Shown here piece by piece: positions 10,929 through 20,747 of a stretch of DNA of 64,000 bases. The notes under the pieces are model-generated. The model saw only the letters and a program-made list of their open reading frames with translations, did not search any database and was not told the DNA's origin. Location of the stretch: positions 2,048,001 to 2,112,000 of the forward strand of contig OZ242260.1 of NCBI GenBank assembly GCA_965207065.1, in the 5' to 3' direction. The translations under genes and the position numbers were made by a program. This DNA comes from a bacterium. GTDB taxonomy: Bacteria; UBA8248. Position 1 is the stretch's first letter. The number at the start of each line of letters is the position of its first letter.

Positions 10929-11233
10929 TGATCGAGAGACACCCTTCCATCGACCCGGCGCATCCGGGAGAAATCCTGCGCGAGGACGTACTGCCTGCGC
11001 TCGGGGTGAGCAAGACGGCGGTGGCCACGGCCCTAGGCATATCCCGGCAGACGCTCTACGACATCCTGAACGAAAAGCAGCCGGTCACCGCCGAGATGGC
11101 GGTCCGCTTCGGCAAGCTCTTCGGCAACGGTTCGGGCTTCTGGGTCAACCTCCAGCGCAACCACGATCTGGCGCGCGCGGAGCGCTCGGTGGACGTAAGC
11201 GGAATACCGACGCTCGAAGCGAAGGGTGCTTAG
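10928..11233 (+). CDS. higA: HigA-family XRE antitoxin
   Basis: HPGEILREDVL, HTH, VTAEMAVRFGKLFG..FWVNLQ; TGATG overlap with higB. Confidence 0.9.
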   Translation: MIERHPSIDPAHPGEILREDVLPALGVSKTAVATALGISRQTLYDILNEKQPVTAEMAVRFGKLFGNGSGFWVNLQRNHDLARAERSVDVSGIPTLEAKGA

Positions 11234-11245
11234 GATGCGGTAGTG

Positions 11246-11567
11246 GCAGGGACATGTCGCGACCTGTCCCTACGAAAGGCGTAATTGCTCTCTCTTCGGT
11301 CGTGTCAAACCCTCGTTTATCGGGCCTGTTGAAAAACCCCTTTCGGGTCGAGTCAAACCGCTCCGCCGTCATTCCGGCGAAAGCCGGAATCCAGAGCCGA
11401 TGAGGATCAACATGAGCCGGTGTTTCATGTTCACACCACTCAGATGGGAAAAAGCGAAGAACAAAGACGAAAAGACAAAATCCCTGGATTCCGGCATACG
11501 CCGGAATGACGGTGGTCTATCTCGATCGATGAGGAAGAGAGTATGGGCCGTTCGCGAACGGCCCATA
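11246..11567. repeat. Cluster of REP-like palindromes and an IS1182-like end
   Basis: AGGGACATGTCGCGACCTGTCCCTAC (~11248-11273); GGGCCTGTTGAAAAACCCC (11322-11340); inverted pair CCGTCATTCCGGCGAAAGCCGGAATCCAG / CTGGATTCCGGCATACGCCGGAATGACGG (11366-11512); TATGGGCCGTTCGCGAACGGCCCATA (11542-11567). Confidence 0.8.
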
Positions 11568-11646
11568 GGGGTAAACCTCGACAAAGTTTGCGAACCGCAA
11601 CTGCAATCCAGTCGCGTCGTCCGACCCGCTTAAGTTCCGCCTGCCC

Positions 11647-13959
11647 CTACAACGGGCCGAAGTCGGGCGGGGGGATGCGGCGCTTCGAGGCCGCCTCGTA
11701 GGTCGAGGCGATCCGCAGCAGCACGTCCTCCCTGCCGGGTTCGGCGCGGAACACGAGCGAGAACGGCAGGCCGGGTTCTGGGATGGTGGTGGCCTGGTCG
11801 TTGTGGGCGGAGATGAACCGCGTCCCGTCCTCGCTCAGTTCGAAAACGGGGTCATAGGTCGTGCGCACGTAGCCCGCCGGCACGAGCACTTCGGTAAGTC
11901 CTGCGTTCGGCCCGCTTTGCGATTCGGGCCGGGAGTTGAGCAGGAGGCCGGGCTGTACCGCGCCGCCGATGATGGCGGGCGGGAACGGCGTGTGCAGGCG
12001 CACGAGAGCGTCGAGCTTGTTCTCCAGTATCACCATCATGTCCACGCGGCGCAGCAGTTCGCGCAGCATGATGCGCTCGTTCACCCCCTGGCGGCCCCCG
12101 TGGGGATTGCGCGGGTCTGCGACTTCCTCCCAGTTTTTGAAGGCGGCGCGATGGTCGTCGCCCCAGAACTTGGAGCGTTCGTTCAGCTCCGGAAATCCCG
12201 TGATGGTCTCTGCGAACCCGCGCTCCTTCCAGTCCTCCGCACGGCGCGATAGGTACTGGTGGATGTGGTAGCGGAACGTCATGGCGAGTTCCTGCTGCTG
12301 TACGGTGGGGAGGTCGAGGTTGACCGGCTGCTCGATTCTGCCCTCGCCCATGTCGAGCATGTAGTCGATGGGCTGCATATCGCCCGAGCCGAAGACGACG
12401 CCCGGTGCGAACTCGGTGGGGACGATGGCTTCGGCGAACTCGGTGAAGAGCGGTTCGCCCTCGGGCGTGAGACGGAACATGATGTCCGGCATGAAGACGG
12501 GGATGAGCCTGGCGAGCGCGCGGCGGAAATCCGTCTTCATCGTCTCGATCTCGGGGTCGCCCGCCCAGAGCGGGTCGGTGGATTCGAGGAGTTTCGCCCC
12601 GAGTTTTTGGCCGAGCACCTCATTAATCTCCCGGCCTGCCGCGTTGACGATAGGCTCTTCCGACTTCGAGCCCCTCGGATACACCATGGACTCGCGGATG
12701 ACCCCGATACGCACGCCTTCGAGCGCGCCCGCCTCCCCGCTCGTCTTGATGTGCGACGCGTAAGGCGTATCCAGGACGGAGGAGCGCGGCACCGTGGTGA
12801 ACGGGTCGCGCGGGTCGTAGTAGCCGTTCACCGGGTCCTTCAGGGAGTCGAGCACTTTTGCGCAATCGGCGAGTGATTTCGTGATGATGCCGCTCCTGTC
12901 GCAGTAGATGTCCGCGCCGATGGCTCCGCCGTCGAAGCCGAGCATCGCCTTGTGCGGCAGGATGAGCGCGACGGCGTTGTGGTTCGACGGTCCCCGGCAG
13001 GAGGCCCTCGTCTCCTCGCCCAGGCTCGCCATCACCATGTTGGTGCTCACCGAGAGGGCGGAGCCGGAACTCGAACCCAGTGAGGCCGCGCGCGTGGTGT
13101 CGTAGGGGTTCGAGGGGTTTCCGCCCCACGTGCTGCGCTGGTAGCCCAGGACGGAGGGCAGCACCTTATCGGGCGCGTGCCGCCCGCCCGGATCGCCCGC
13201 GCGCCCGTTGTATTCGGTGCTCACGGCCTTGGCGAAGATGATGGCGCCCTTGTTCCTGAGCTGTTCGACGAGAATGTGGTCGCGCGCGGGAAAATCGATG
13301 TCATAAGCCGCGTCGCCCCCGCCGGTGGAGCGCATGTCCTTCGTGTCGAAGGGGTCCTTGAAGGAGAAGGTGACCCCATACATCGGCATTTTTTCGAGGT
13401 CGGGGTCGGCGCCGTATTCGGCGTCGAGTTCCGCCGCGCGCTCCAGCGCGTCGGGGTAGTGGCGGAAGACCTCGCACATGGGCGGCGCGCCCGGGGGCAG
13501 GGGGCCTTCTGCGGGATGCCTGTCGAAATCGCCCTTGCACGTTACGGAGCGCTCGCCGCGAATGTTCAGGGTGGCGAGGGCGTTCACCTGGCCCGCGTTC
13601 GGGACTCCGACGATCATGCCGTATTGCTGCTCGACTTCCGGGTCGGACGCCGTATCCTCCATGCGCCCGAACTCGAGGGGCGGCCCTGCGTATTTATCCA
13701 GATCGGGCAGGTAGTCGGTCGCCTTCACCGTCTCCGTCGGAAACTTGATAGGCGAGCCGCCGCGCATCGTACCCCTGGCTTCGGGGACGGGCGCGCCGTC
13801 TTCGGTGACCAGCATGCTGGAGACACCGTTGTACGCGCGAACGCGCTCCAGGTAGCGCTCCACCACTTCGACGCATGTGGCGTGGCCCTCGCGAATCGCC
13901 GCGTGCAGATCCTCGATGCTCGCTTCTTCCAGGCGGAACGCCCCGCTCTTATCCTCCAT
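11647..13959 (-). CDS. Amidase-signature family protein (770 aa)
   Basis: FSFKDPFDT (Lys), SLGSSSGSA (signature), GEETRASCRGP (nucleophile region), NPYD. Confidence 0.85.
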   Translation of the reverse strand: MEDKSGAFRLEEASIEDLHAAIREGHATCVEVVERYLERVRAYNGVSSMLVTEDGAPVPEARGTMRGGSPIKFPTETVKATDYLPDLDKYAGPPLEFGRMEDTASDPEVEQQYGMIVGVPNAGQVNALATLNIRGERSVTCKGDFDRHPAEGPLPPGAPPMCEVFRHYPDALERAAELDAEYGADPDLEKMPMYGVTFSFKDPFDTKDMRSTGGGDAAYDIDFPARDHILVEQLRNKGAIIFAKAVSTEYNGRAGDPGGRHAPDKVLPSVLGYQRSTWGGNPSNPYDTTRAASLGSSSGSALSVSTNMVMASLGEETRASCRGPSNHNAVALILPHKAMLGFDGGAIGADIYCDRSGIITKSLADCAKVLDSLKDPVNGYYDPRDPFTTVPRSSVLDTPYASHIKTSGEAGALEGVRIGVIRESMVYPRGSKSEEPIVNAAGREINEVLGQKLGAKLLESTDPLWAGDPEIETMKTDFRRALARLIPVFMPDIMFRLTPEGEPLFTEFAEAIVPTEFAPGVVFGSGDMQPIDYMLDMGEGRIEQPVNLDLPTVQQQELAMTFRYHIHQYLSRRAEDWKERGFAETITGFPELNERSKFWGDDHRAAFKNWEEVADPRNPHGGRQGVNERIMLRELLRRVDMMVILENKLDALVRLHTPFPPAIIGGAVQPGLLLNSRPESQSGPNAGLTEVLVPAGYVRTTYDPVFELSEDGTRFISAHNDQATTIPEPGLPFSLVFRAEPGREDVLLRIASTYEAASKRRIPPPDFGPL

Positions 13960-14400
13960 GACGCATCCTTTCGTATCCTCTCGTGTCGGCTCGCCCCGTC
14001 CTGAGGAGGGAGCGGCATCCGGTATCAGTCGATGCGGGAATACTATGGGCGAGGCGCGGTTTTGGCAACGGCGGGAGGAGAAAATGAGGGGGATGGATAC
14101 GAGAAAACGCTCCCGCGTCGCGCCGGTTCGAACGGGGAACGATGGCCGGAACGCTCATTACCGCATCTGGCGGGATTGATTATCTTCGGGTGATTCCCGC
14201 CATCGACCGACTTACCGGAAACATTCGGGAAACAATCCCGAAACCCCTATTTAACGATCGCGAAACCCACAAGACACGTATGGCTCATATCCTGATGAAT
14301 GTAGCAATGGGGCGGCAGCGTTCTTTCGGCTCGAATCTTCACCTACATGGAACATTTTCCCCGCAACCCGCGTCGCCGGGCGCAACGAAGGAGATGAGTG

Positions 14401-16062
14401 ATGAACCAGAACGCACCGGATAACAAGCAGGTCAAACGCCGTGATTTTCTGAAAATAGGAGCAGGCGCCGCCGCCGGGGCGGGGCTGTTGCCGCTCCTGA
14501 AATACCTGCCCGCCGAAGCGGCAGCGGGCCGCGACACGCTCGTGGTCGTGATCGGAAACGGCCCCAACAGCATGGACATCCACAGGAAGGGAACCAACCG
14601 TCCGAGCTACCAGGTCGCCGTGAACATCTACGACCGCCTCGTCACCTATGGGCGCAAGAAGCTGCCCGACGGCAACGTCATGTACGACTACCAGAAGATA
14701 GAACCGGAACTGGCGGAATCCTGGAGCTTTGCGCCCGACGGCATGTCCGTCACCTTCAAGATTCGCAAAGACGCCAGGTTCCACGACGGAAAACCCGTCA
14801 CCGCCCATGACGTGAAATGGTCTTTCGACCGCGCGGTCTCGCTCGGCGGTTTCCCTGCCGTGCAGATGAAGGCGGGTTCGCTCATCAAGCCCGAGCAGTT
14901 CGTCGCCGTGGATCAGCACACGTTCAAAATCAATTTCATCCGCAAGAGCAAACTCACGCTGCCCGACCTGGGCGTTCCCGTGCCTCTCATCATCAATTCG
15001 GCGGCCGCCAAGGCCAAGGCCACGAAGAGCGACCCGTGGGCGACCGAGTATCTGCATAAAAACCCGCAAGGGGGCGGGGCCTTCAAGCTGGGGCGTTGGA
15101 AGCCCGGCCAGCAGACCGTTTACGTTCGCAACGATGCGTGGAAGTCGGGCCCTCTGCCCGGCGTGAAGCGGGTGATCATACGCGAGGTGGCGTCCGCCTC
15201 CACGCGCCGCGCCCTCCTGCTGCGGGGAGACGCCGACGTGTCCCTCGATCTCCCGCCGAAGGACACCAAGGAACTCACGAGCAACAAGAAACTCAAGATC
15301 GCAGGAGTCCCCATCGAGAACTGCATCCACGCCGTCGGGCTGAACCTGAACTTCAAGCCCTTCGCCGACGTGCGGGTCCGCCAGGCGATGGCCTACGCCA
15401 TGCCTTACGAGAAGATATTCAAGGCGGCGGCCTATGAGCGCGGCCTGCCTCTGTGGGGAGCGAAATCACCCGATCCCGCCGGCACGCTGTGGCCCCAGCC
15501 GTTCCCCTACGACACCGACCCGGCCAAGGCGAAAGCCCTGCTCAAGGAGGCCGGCTACGCGAACGGGTTCAAGGTCACGCTGTCGTTCAACCTGGGACTC
15601 GCCTACTGGACGGAGCCGACGGCGCTTCTCATCCAGGAAGGGCTCGGGAAGGTGGGGATTGAAGCGAAGCTCGACAAGATCCCCGGTTCGGGCTGGCGGA
15701 CGAAGGCGCTCGTGGAGAAGAAGCTGGCGATGCACCTCAAGAACTTCGGGGGCTGGCTGAATTACCCTGAGTATTATTTCTTCTGGGCCTACCAGCCCAA
15801 GCGCCTGTTCAACTCGATGAACTACGACAACCCGAAGCTGAACAAGCTGGTGGACGAGACCCTGCACATGCCGGTGGGCAGCCCCGGCTACGCGGAGCGC
15901 GTCAAGTCGTTCATCAAAATCGCCTTTGAGGACGTTCCCCTCATCCCGCTCTGGCAGCCCTATCTCGATGTCGCCATGCAAAAGCACGTCGAAGGTTACG
16001 AATACTGGTTCCACCGTCAACTCGACGTGAGGTCGTTCAAGAAATTGCCGAAACAGGCCTGA
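14401..16062 (+). CDS. Dpp/Opp-family ABC substrate-binding protein, Tat-exported
   Basis: RRDFLK twin-arginine signal; PELAESW, FHDGKPVTAHDVKWSF, KPFADVRVRQAM. Confidence 0.9.
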   Translation: MNQNAPDNKQVKRRDFLKIGAGAAAGAGLLPLLKYLPAEAAAGRDTLVVVIGNGPNSMDIHRKGTNRPSYQVAVNIYDRLVTYGRKKLPDGNVMYDYQKIEPELAESWSFAPDGMSVTFKIRKDARFHDGKPVTAHDVKWSFDRAVSLGGFPAVQMKAGSLIKPEQFVAVDQHTFKINFIRKSKLTLPDLGVPVPLIINSAAAKAKATKSDPWATEYLHKNPQGGGAFKLGRWKPGQQTVYVRNDAWKSGPLPGVKRVIIREVASASTRRALLLRGDADVSLDLPPKDTKELTSNKKLKIAGVPIENCIHAVGLNLNFKPFADVRVRQAMAYAMPYEKIFKAAAYERGLPLWGAKSPDPAGTLWPQPFPYDTDPAKAKALLKEAGYANGFKVTLSFNLGLAYWTEPTALLIQEGLGKVGIEAKLDKIPGSGWRTKALVEKKLAMHLKNFGGWLNYPEYYFFWAYQPKRLFNSMNYDNPKLNKLVDETLHMPVGSPGYAERVKSFIKIAFEDVPLIPLWQPYLDVAMQKHVEGYEYWFHRQLDVRSFKKLPKQA

Positions 16063-16111
16063 AGCCGGCTCGCAGCAAAGCTGGGCGTCCTTTGAAGGGG
16101 GGGACGAATTG

Positions 16112-17137
16112 ATGAAAGGCGATTCCCTATTCCTGATCGGCCGGCGTCTCCTCCAGGCGGCGCCGGTCGTGATGGGGATCATCGTGGTGACGTTTATCCT
16201 GACGCGGGCCTTGCCGGGCGATCCGGCGGTGTTCTTCGCCGGGCCTGCGGCGGATGAGAAATCCATCGCCGAGATTCGCGCCTCTCTGGGACTCGATAAA
16301 AGCTGGCCCGAACAATTCTGGGTCTACCTCCAGAATCTCGCGCATGGTGATCTGGGCAAATCCATCAGCACGGGCCAACCCGTCATCGAAGAACTCGCCA
16401 CACGGCTTCCGGCTTCGCTCGAACTCACGTTCATGGGCTTGTTTCTCGCCGTCGCCATCGCCATCCCCCTGGGAATACTGGCGGCCACGCGGCCCAATTC
16501 ACTCATCGATCACCTCTGCCGTCTCGTTGTGACCATCGGGGTTTCGCTGCCCACCTTCTTCACCGGCTTGTTCCTCGTCTATATCTTCTATTTTCTGCTG
16601 GGGCTCTCGCCCGCTCCGCTCGGACGCCTGGGCATCATCCACATCGCTCCCGATCACGTCACGGGCTTCTACCTGATCGACAGCCTCATCGCGGGTGATC
16701 TCGAGGTATTCAGGGCATCATTCTCCCAGATGATTCTCCCCGCCTCGACTCTGGGAATCTTCGCCCTGGCCCCGCTCGCGCGGATGACGAGGGCCGCCAT
16801 GCTGGGGGTTCTGTCGAGCGACTTCGTTCGCACGGCGCGGGCGAGCGGCCTGTCACGCCGGACGGTGCTGTGGGTCTATGCCTTTCAAAACGCCATTCTC
16901 CCCGTCCTCACCACGCTCGGCATGGTGTTTTCTTTTTTGCTGGGAGCGAATGTTCTGGTGGAGAAAGTCTTCGCCTGGCCGGGCATCGGTTCGTTCGCCA
17001 TCGAGGCCCTCATCGCCTCGGACTACGCCGCCGTGCAGGGTTTCGTTCTGGCCATGGCGTTGATGTACGTGCTCCTGAACCTGGCGATCGACATCCTCTA
17101 TACGGTGGTCGATCCGCGGATCGGGCTGGAAGGCTGA
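16112..17137 (+). CDS. Dpp/Opp-family ABC permease (DppB-like)
   Basis: LPGDPA, GDLGKS, FVRTARASGL, VEKVFAWPGIG; start could be TTG 16109 or ATG 16112. Confidence 0.9.
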   Translation: MKGDSLFLIGRRLLQAAPVVMGIIVVTFILTRALPGDPAVFFAGPAADEKSIAEIRASLGLDKSWPEQFWVYLQNLAHGDLGKSISTGQPVIEELATRLPASLELTFMGLFLAVAIAIPLGILAATRPNSLIDHLCRLVVTIGVSLPTFFTGLFLVYIFYFLLGLSPAPLGRLGIIHIAPDHVTGFYLIDSLIAGDLEVFRASFSQMILPASTLGIFALAPLARMTRAAMLGVLSSDFVRTARASGLSRRTVLWVYAFQNAILPVLTTLGMVFSFLLGANVLVEKVFAWPGIGSFAIEALIASDYAAVQGFVLAMALMYVLLNLAIDILYTVVDPRIGLEG

Positions 17138-17141
17138 GTGC

Positions 17142-17987
17142 ATGAAAGCCCACATGCAGCACCTGCGCTACGTGATGGGTGAGAATCCGGTCACGTTTTT
17201 CTCCTTCATCCTTTTCTTCCTGCTGATGGCTCTCGGTTTGTTCGGCCCCTGGATTGCACCCTACGACCCCCTCGCCAGTGACACGGCCAACGCCCTCAAG
17301 CCGCCCACGTGGGCGCATCCGTTCGGCACGGACAATCTGGGGCGGGACGTTTTCAGCCGCGTTATTACGGCCACACGGCTCGACCTGGCGATATCGGTGG
17401 CGGCCGTTTCGCTCTCCTTCGTCGCGGGAAGCGTCGCCGGCGTTTGCGCGGGCTACTTCGGAGGGGTGACGGACAAACTCATCAGCCGCCTCACCGACAC
17501 CATCATGGCGTTTCCCCTTTTCGTGCTGGCCATGGGCATCGTATCGGCCCTGGGAAATACGATCGAGAACATCGTCTATACCACGGCCGTCATCAACTTC
17601 CCCTTCTATGCGCGCGTGGCGCGGGCCGAGGCGAATTCACGCCGCGAGGCGGGGTTCGTGGAGGCGGCGCGCCTTTCAGGAAACGGGCACGGGCGGATTC
17701 TGCTCTTCCACATGGGGCCCAACATCATGCCGCCGATGATGGTTCAGATTTCGCTGAACATGGGTTACGCCATACTGAATGCGGCGGGACTCTCCTTCAT
17801 CGGCCTCGGCGTCCGGCCCCCGACGCCCGAGTGGGGGATCATGGTGGCCGAGGGCGCGAAGTTTATCGTTTCAGGCGAGTGGTGGCTGGCCATCTTCCCC
17901 GGAGCCGCCCTGATGCTCGCCGTGCTGTGCTTCAACCTTCTGGGTGACGGCCTTCGAGACCTGATCGACCCGAGAATGAGGACGTGA
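17142..17987 (+). CDS. Dpp/Opp-family ABC permease (DppC-like)
   Basis: HPFGTDNLGRDVFSR, FVEAARLSG (EAA loop), LSFIGLG..PP.PEWG, FNLLGDGLRD. Confidence 0.92.
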   Translation: MKAHMQHLRYVMGENPVTFFSFILFFLLMALGLFGPWIAPYDPLASDTANALKPPTWAHPFGTDNLGRDVFSRVITATRLDLAISVAAVSLSFVAGSVAGVCAGYFGGVTDKLISRLTDTIMAFPLFVLAMGIVSALGNTIENIVYTTAVINFPFYARVARAEANSRREAGFVEAARLSGNGHGRILLFHMGPNIMPPMMVQISLNMGYAILNAAGLSFIGLGVRPPTPEWGIMVAEGAKFIVSGEWWLAIFPGAALMLAVLCFNLLGDGLRDLIDPRMRT

Positions 17988-18958
17988 TGGAATCCCGGAA
18001 CCCGCTTCTGGTCGTCGAGGATCTCTCGCTCGAATTCCGCACACGCACCGGCGTCGTCAAGGCCCTCGAGAACGTCAGTTTCCAGATCGAAAAGGGACAG
18101 ACGGTCGGCGTCGTCGGCGAGAGCGGCTCGGGAAAGTCCGTGATGTCTTACGCCATCATGGGAATCTCGGACCCGGCGGCGAGAATCACCTCGGGCCGGA
18201 TAGTTTTCGGGGGCATCTCTCTGTTCGAGAAGTCCCAGCAAGAGCTACAGGAAATGCGAGGACGTGAGCTCTCCATGATCTTCCAGAGCCCGAGAACGGC
18301 GCTCAATCCCATCCGGACCATCGGAAGACAACTCGAGGACGTCATCTATCGACACAGCAGCTTCCGCGGCCGGCAGATTCGCGCGCGCGCACTCGATCTG
18401 CTCAACCAGGTCCGCATCCCGGACCCTGAGAAGCGCTACCGCGCCTACCCGTTCGAACTCTCCGGCGGCATGTGCCAGCGCGTGATGATAGCGATCGCCA
18501 TCTCCTCCAACCCATGGCTCCTGATAGCGGACGAACCCGTGACGGGCCTGGACGTCACGACACAGGCGGTGATCATGGACCTCATCCAGGACGCGGCGCG
18601 TGAGAGAAACATGGGAACGATCCTCATCACACACGACCTGGGGCTCGCTGCGGAATACTGCGACAAGATAATCGTCATGCACTCGGGGCACGTCGTCGAA
18701 GTGGCCGATACCGAACACCTGTTCATGCGTCCGCGGCATCCCTACACGGCGAAACTCATCGGGGCCACGCCGAATGCGAGCAGAGACCTCGCCGCGCTTT
18801 CTTCGATTCCCGGCAACCTGCCGGACCTGCGCGCGGAACTCCCGGTTTGCCGCTACAGCGAGCGGTGCGAACGCTTCGCCCGGGATTGCCTGGAGTCCCC
18901 GCTTCCCCGCCTGGGAACGGGAGCCGGCCATCTCGTCGCCTGCCGGTATCCTCTCTGA
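17987..18958 (+). CDS. Dpp/Opp ABC ATP-binding protein (DppD-like)
   Basis: GESGSGKS, YPFELSGGMCQR, ADEP, PRHPYT, C-terminal Cys cluster. Confidence 0.92.
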   Translation: MESRNPLLVVEDLSLEFRTRTGVVKALENVSFQIEKGQTVGVVGESGSGKSVMSYAIMGISDPAARITSGRIVFGGISLFEKSQQELQEMRGRELSMIFQSPRTALNPIRTIGRQLEDVIYRHSSFRGRQIRARALDLLNQVRIPDPEKRYRAYPFELSGGMCQRVMIAIAISSNPWLLIADEPVTGLDVTTQAVIMDLIQDAARERNMGTILITHDLGLAAEYCDKIIVMHSGHVVEVADTEHLFMRPRHPYTAKLIGATPNASRDLAALSSIPGNLPDLRAELPVCRYSERCERFARDCLESPLPRLGTGAGHLVACRYPL

Positions 18959-20016
18959 TGGCTCTGCTCCAAATCGTCGACCTCATGAAGAAGTTCCCGA
19001 TCCGCCGGAGCGGAGCGGTGGGAAGGGTCTGGAATTCGCTGCGGGGCACGGGGGACGAAGAACGAGGCGAGGCGGGCTATCTCCATGCCGTGGACGGCGT
19101 GACATTCTCGATACAAGCGGGGGAGAGCGTCGGCCTCGTCGGCGAGTCCGGCTGCGGGAAGTCCACTCTCGCCCGCCTGATCGCCCGCCTGCTGGACCCG
19201 ACATCGGGCGCCATCGCCTTCGAGGGCAGGAACATCGGGGGGATTCCGGCGGGCCGATTCATCCAGGGCGAGATGCGCCGGAAAATCCAGATGGTGTTCC
19301 AGGACCCGACGGAAAGCCTGAATCCCGGGTTCACCACTTTTCGGGCGATTGCCGATCCGCTCTTGCGCCTGGGCGGGATGCGGCGCGGCCCCGGGTTGAG
19401 AATGCGCGTGGAGGAACTCTGCGAGCTGGTGGGTCTCGCGCCGGAGTTCCTGGGCCGGTACCCGCATCAACTCTCGGGCGGACAGAAGGCGCGGGTCGGA
19501 ATCGCCCGCGCGATAGCCCTGGACCCCTCTCTCCTGGTTCTGGACGAGCCCACCTCCGCCCTTGACGTTTCGGTTCAGGCGGTCATCCTGCATCTTCTCG
19601 AAGATCTGAAGAGCCGCCTCGGGATGAGCTACCTGTTCGTCTCCCATGACCTGAACATCGTCCGGCTGCTCTGCCAGCGGGTTCTGGTGATGTACCTAGG
19701 CAGGATTGTGGAGGCCGGGCCCACCGGGGAAATCCTGCACCGCCCGCGCCATCCCTACACTCGGGCGCTCCTCTCCGCCATTCCCGCCATCGACACGACA
19801 GAGCGCAGCGAGCGTGTGCGATTGACCGGCGAGCCGATGAGCCCCGTCGACCCCTCCCCGCAGGTCTGCCGGTTTTACAGCCGGTGTCCCCAAAGAGAAG
19901 AGAGGTGCCGACAGGAAATGCCGGTGCTGACGCCTTATCCCGGCGGCGTCGAGACCGCCTGCCATTTCCCGCTGGAGAAACAGGGGAATGCCGGGACGCG
20001 AACGGTGGTTTCCTGA
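18958..20016 (+). CDS. Dpp/Opp ABC ATP-binding protein (DppF-like)
   Basis: GESGCGKST, YPHQLSGGQKAR, DEPTSALDVSVQA, CRFYSRCP; start at ATG 18958 (TGATG overlap). Confidence 0.92.
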   Translation: MALLQIVDLMKKFPIRRSGAVGRVWNSLRGTGDEERGEAGYLHAVDGVTFSIQAGESVGLVGESGCGKSTLARLIARLLDPTSGAIAFEGRNIGGIPAGRFIQGEMRRKIQMVFQDPTESLNPGFTTFRAIADPLLRLGGMRRGPGLRMRVEELCELVGLAPEFLGRYPHQLSGGQKARVGIARAIALDPSLLVLDEPTSALDVSVQAVILHLLEDLKSRLGMSYLFVSHDLNIVRLLCQRVLVMYLGRIVEAGPTGEILHRPRHPYTRALLSAIPAIDTTERSERVRLTGEPMSPVDPSPQVCRFYSRCPQREERCRQEMPVLTPYPGGVETACHFPLEKQGNAGTRTVVS

Positions 20017-20141
20017 GCGGCGCAGGCGGGGCGGGACGGGCGCGCAACGGGGGTCAATCACTCGCCGGCCGCGTTTGACCTGCATCCCCACGAACGCGTT
20101 TGCGTCGGCGGGTTTATCGGGGCGCCGCCATCGAGCCGGGG

Positions 20142-20730
20142 GCGCATTCGCCCGCATTTCCCTTTCGCGCGGATTCAGGGGATTCCGGTATCATGGCGGA
20201 GCCCGCCGCTTCGCTCCCGGATACGGAAACCCTCCCCGGTCGGGTCAAACGCTCGCTCCTCGCTCGCGTGAAACCCTCCCTCATCGGTCGCGTGAAACCC
20301 TCCCTCATCGGTCGGGTGAAACCCTCCCTCATCGGTCGGGTCAAACACTCGCTCATCACTCGCGTGAAACCCTCCCTCATCGGTCGGGTCAAACACTCGC
20401 TCATCGCTCGCGCGAAACCCTTCCTCATCGGTCGGGTTTTATATCCGAAAAATTCGATAAATATAGATAAATTCAGATAAATTCACGGGGTTTTTCGATA
20501 AATTATCGAGGGGAAATGCGGGGAATTGCGGTGCCCGGATGCGGGCAGATGCGCATGCGAAAACCGGCTCCGGCGGCCGGGTCCCGCCGCGGAATCCGGG
20601 CGCAGGGGAATTCTGTCATGACTCTTGCGTTCCCCGTTGACGGCAAATGCGCGGAATTGCGGGCGGGTGCGGTGGAGATGGGCGTTAATTTCGCGAATCG
20701 GCGGTTTTATCGTAGAATCGGGGCGGTTTT
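20142..20730 (+). repeat. ~387-bp repeated element, copy 1 (carries a 192-bp tandem array and one extra 10-bp GATAAATTCA unit)
   Basis: Aligns by eye end to end with the reverse complement of 34241-34627. Confidence 0.9.
20246..20437 (+). repeat. Tandem array of 8 x 24 bp (consensus GAAACCCTCCCTCATCGGTCGGGT)
   Basis: Eight contiguous 24-bp units of two variant types, with no unique spacers. Confidence 0.95.
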
Positions 20731-20747
20731 CTTGGTTAAGGAGCGCC

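Noticed and set aside
20246-20437. CRISPR array
   Set aside because: The units are contiguous 24-bp tandem repeats with no unique spacers, and no cas genes are in the window
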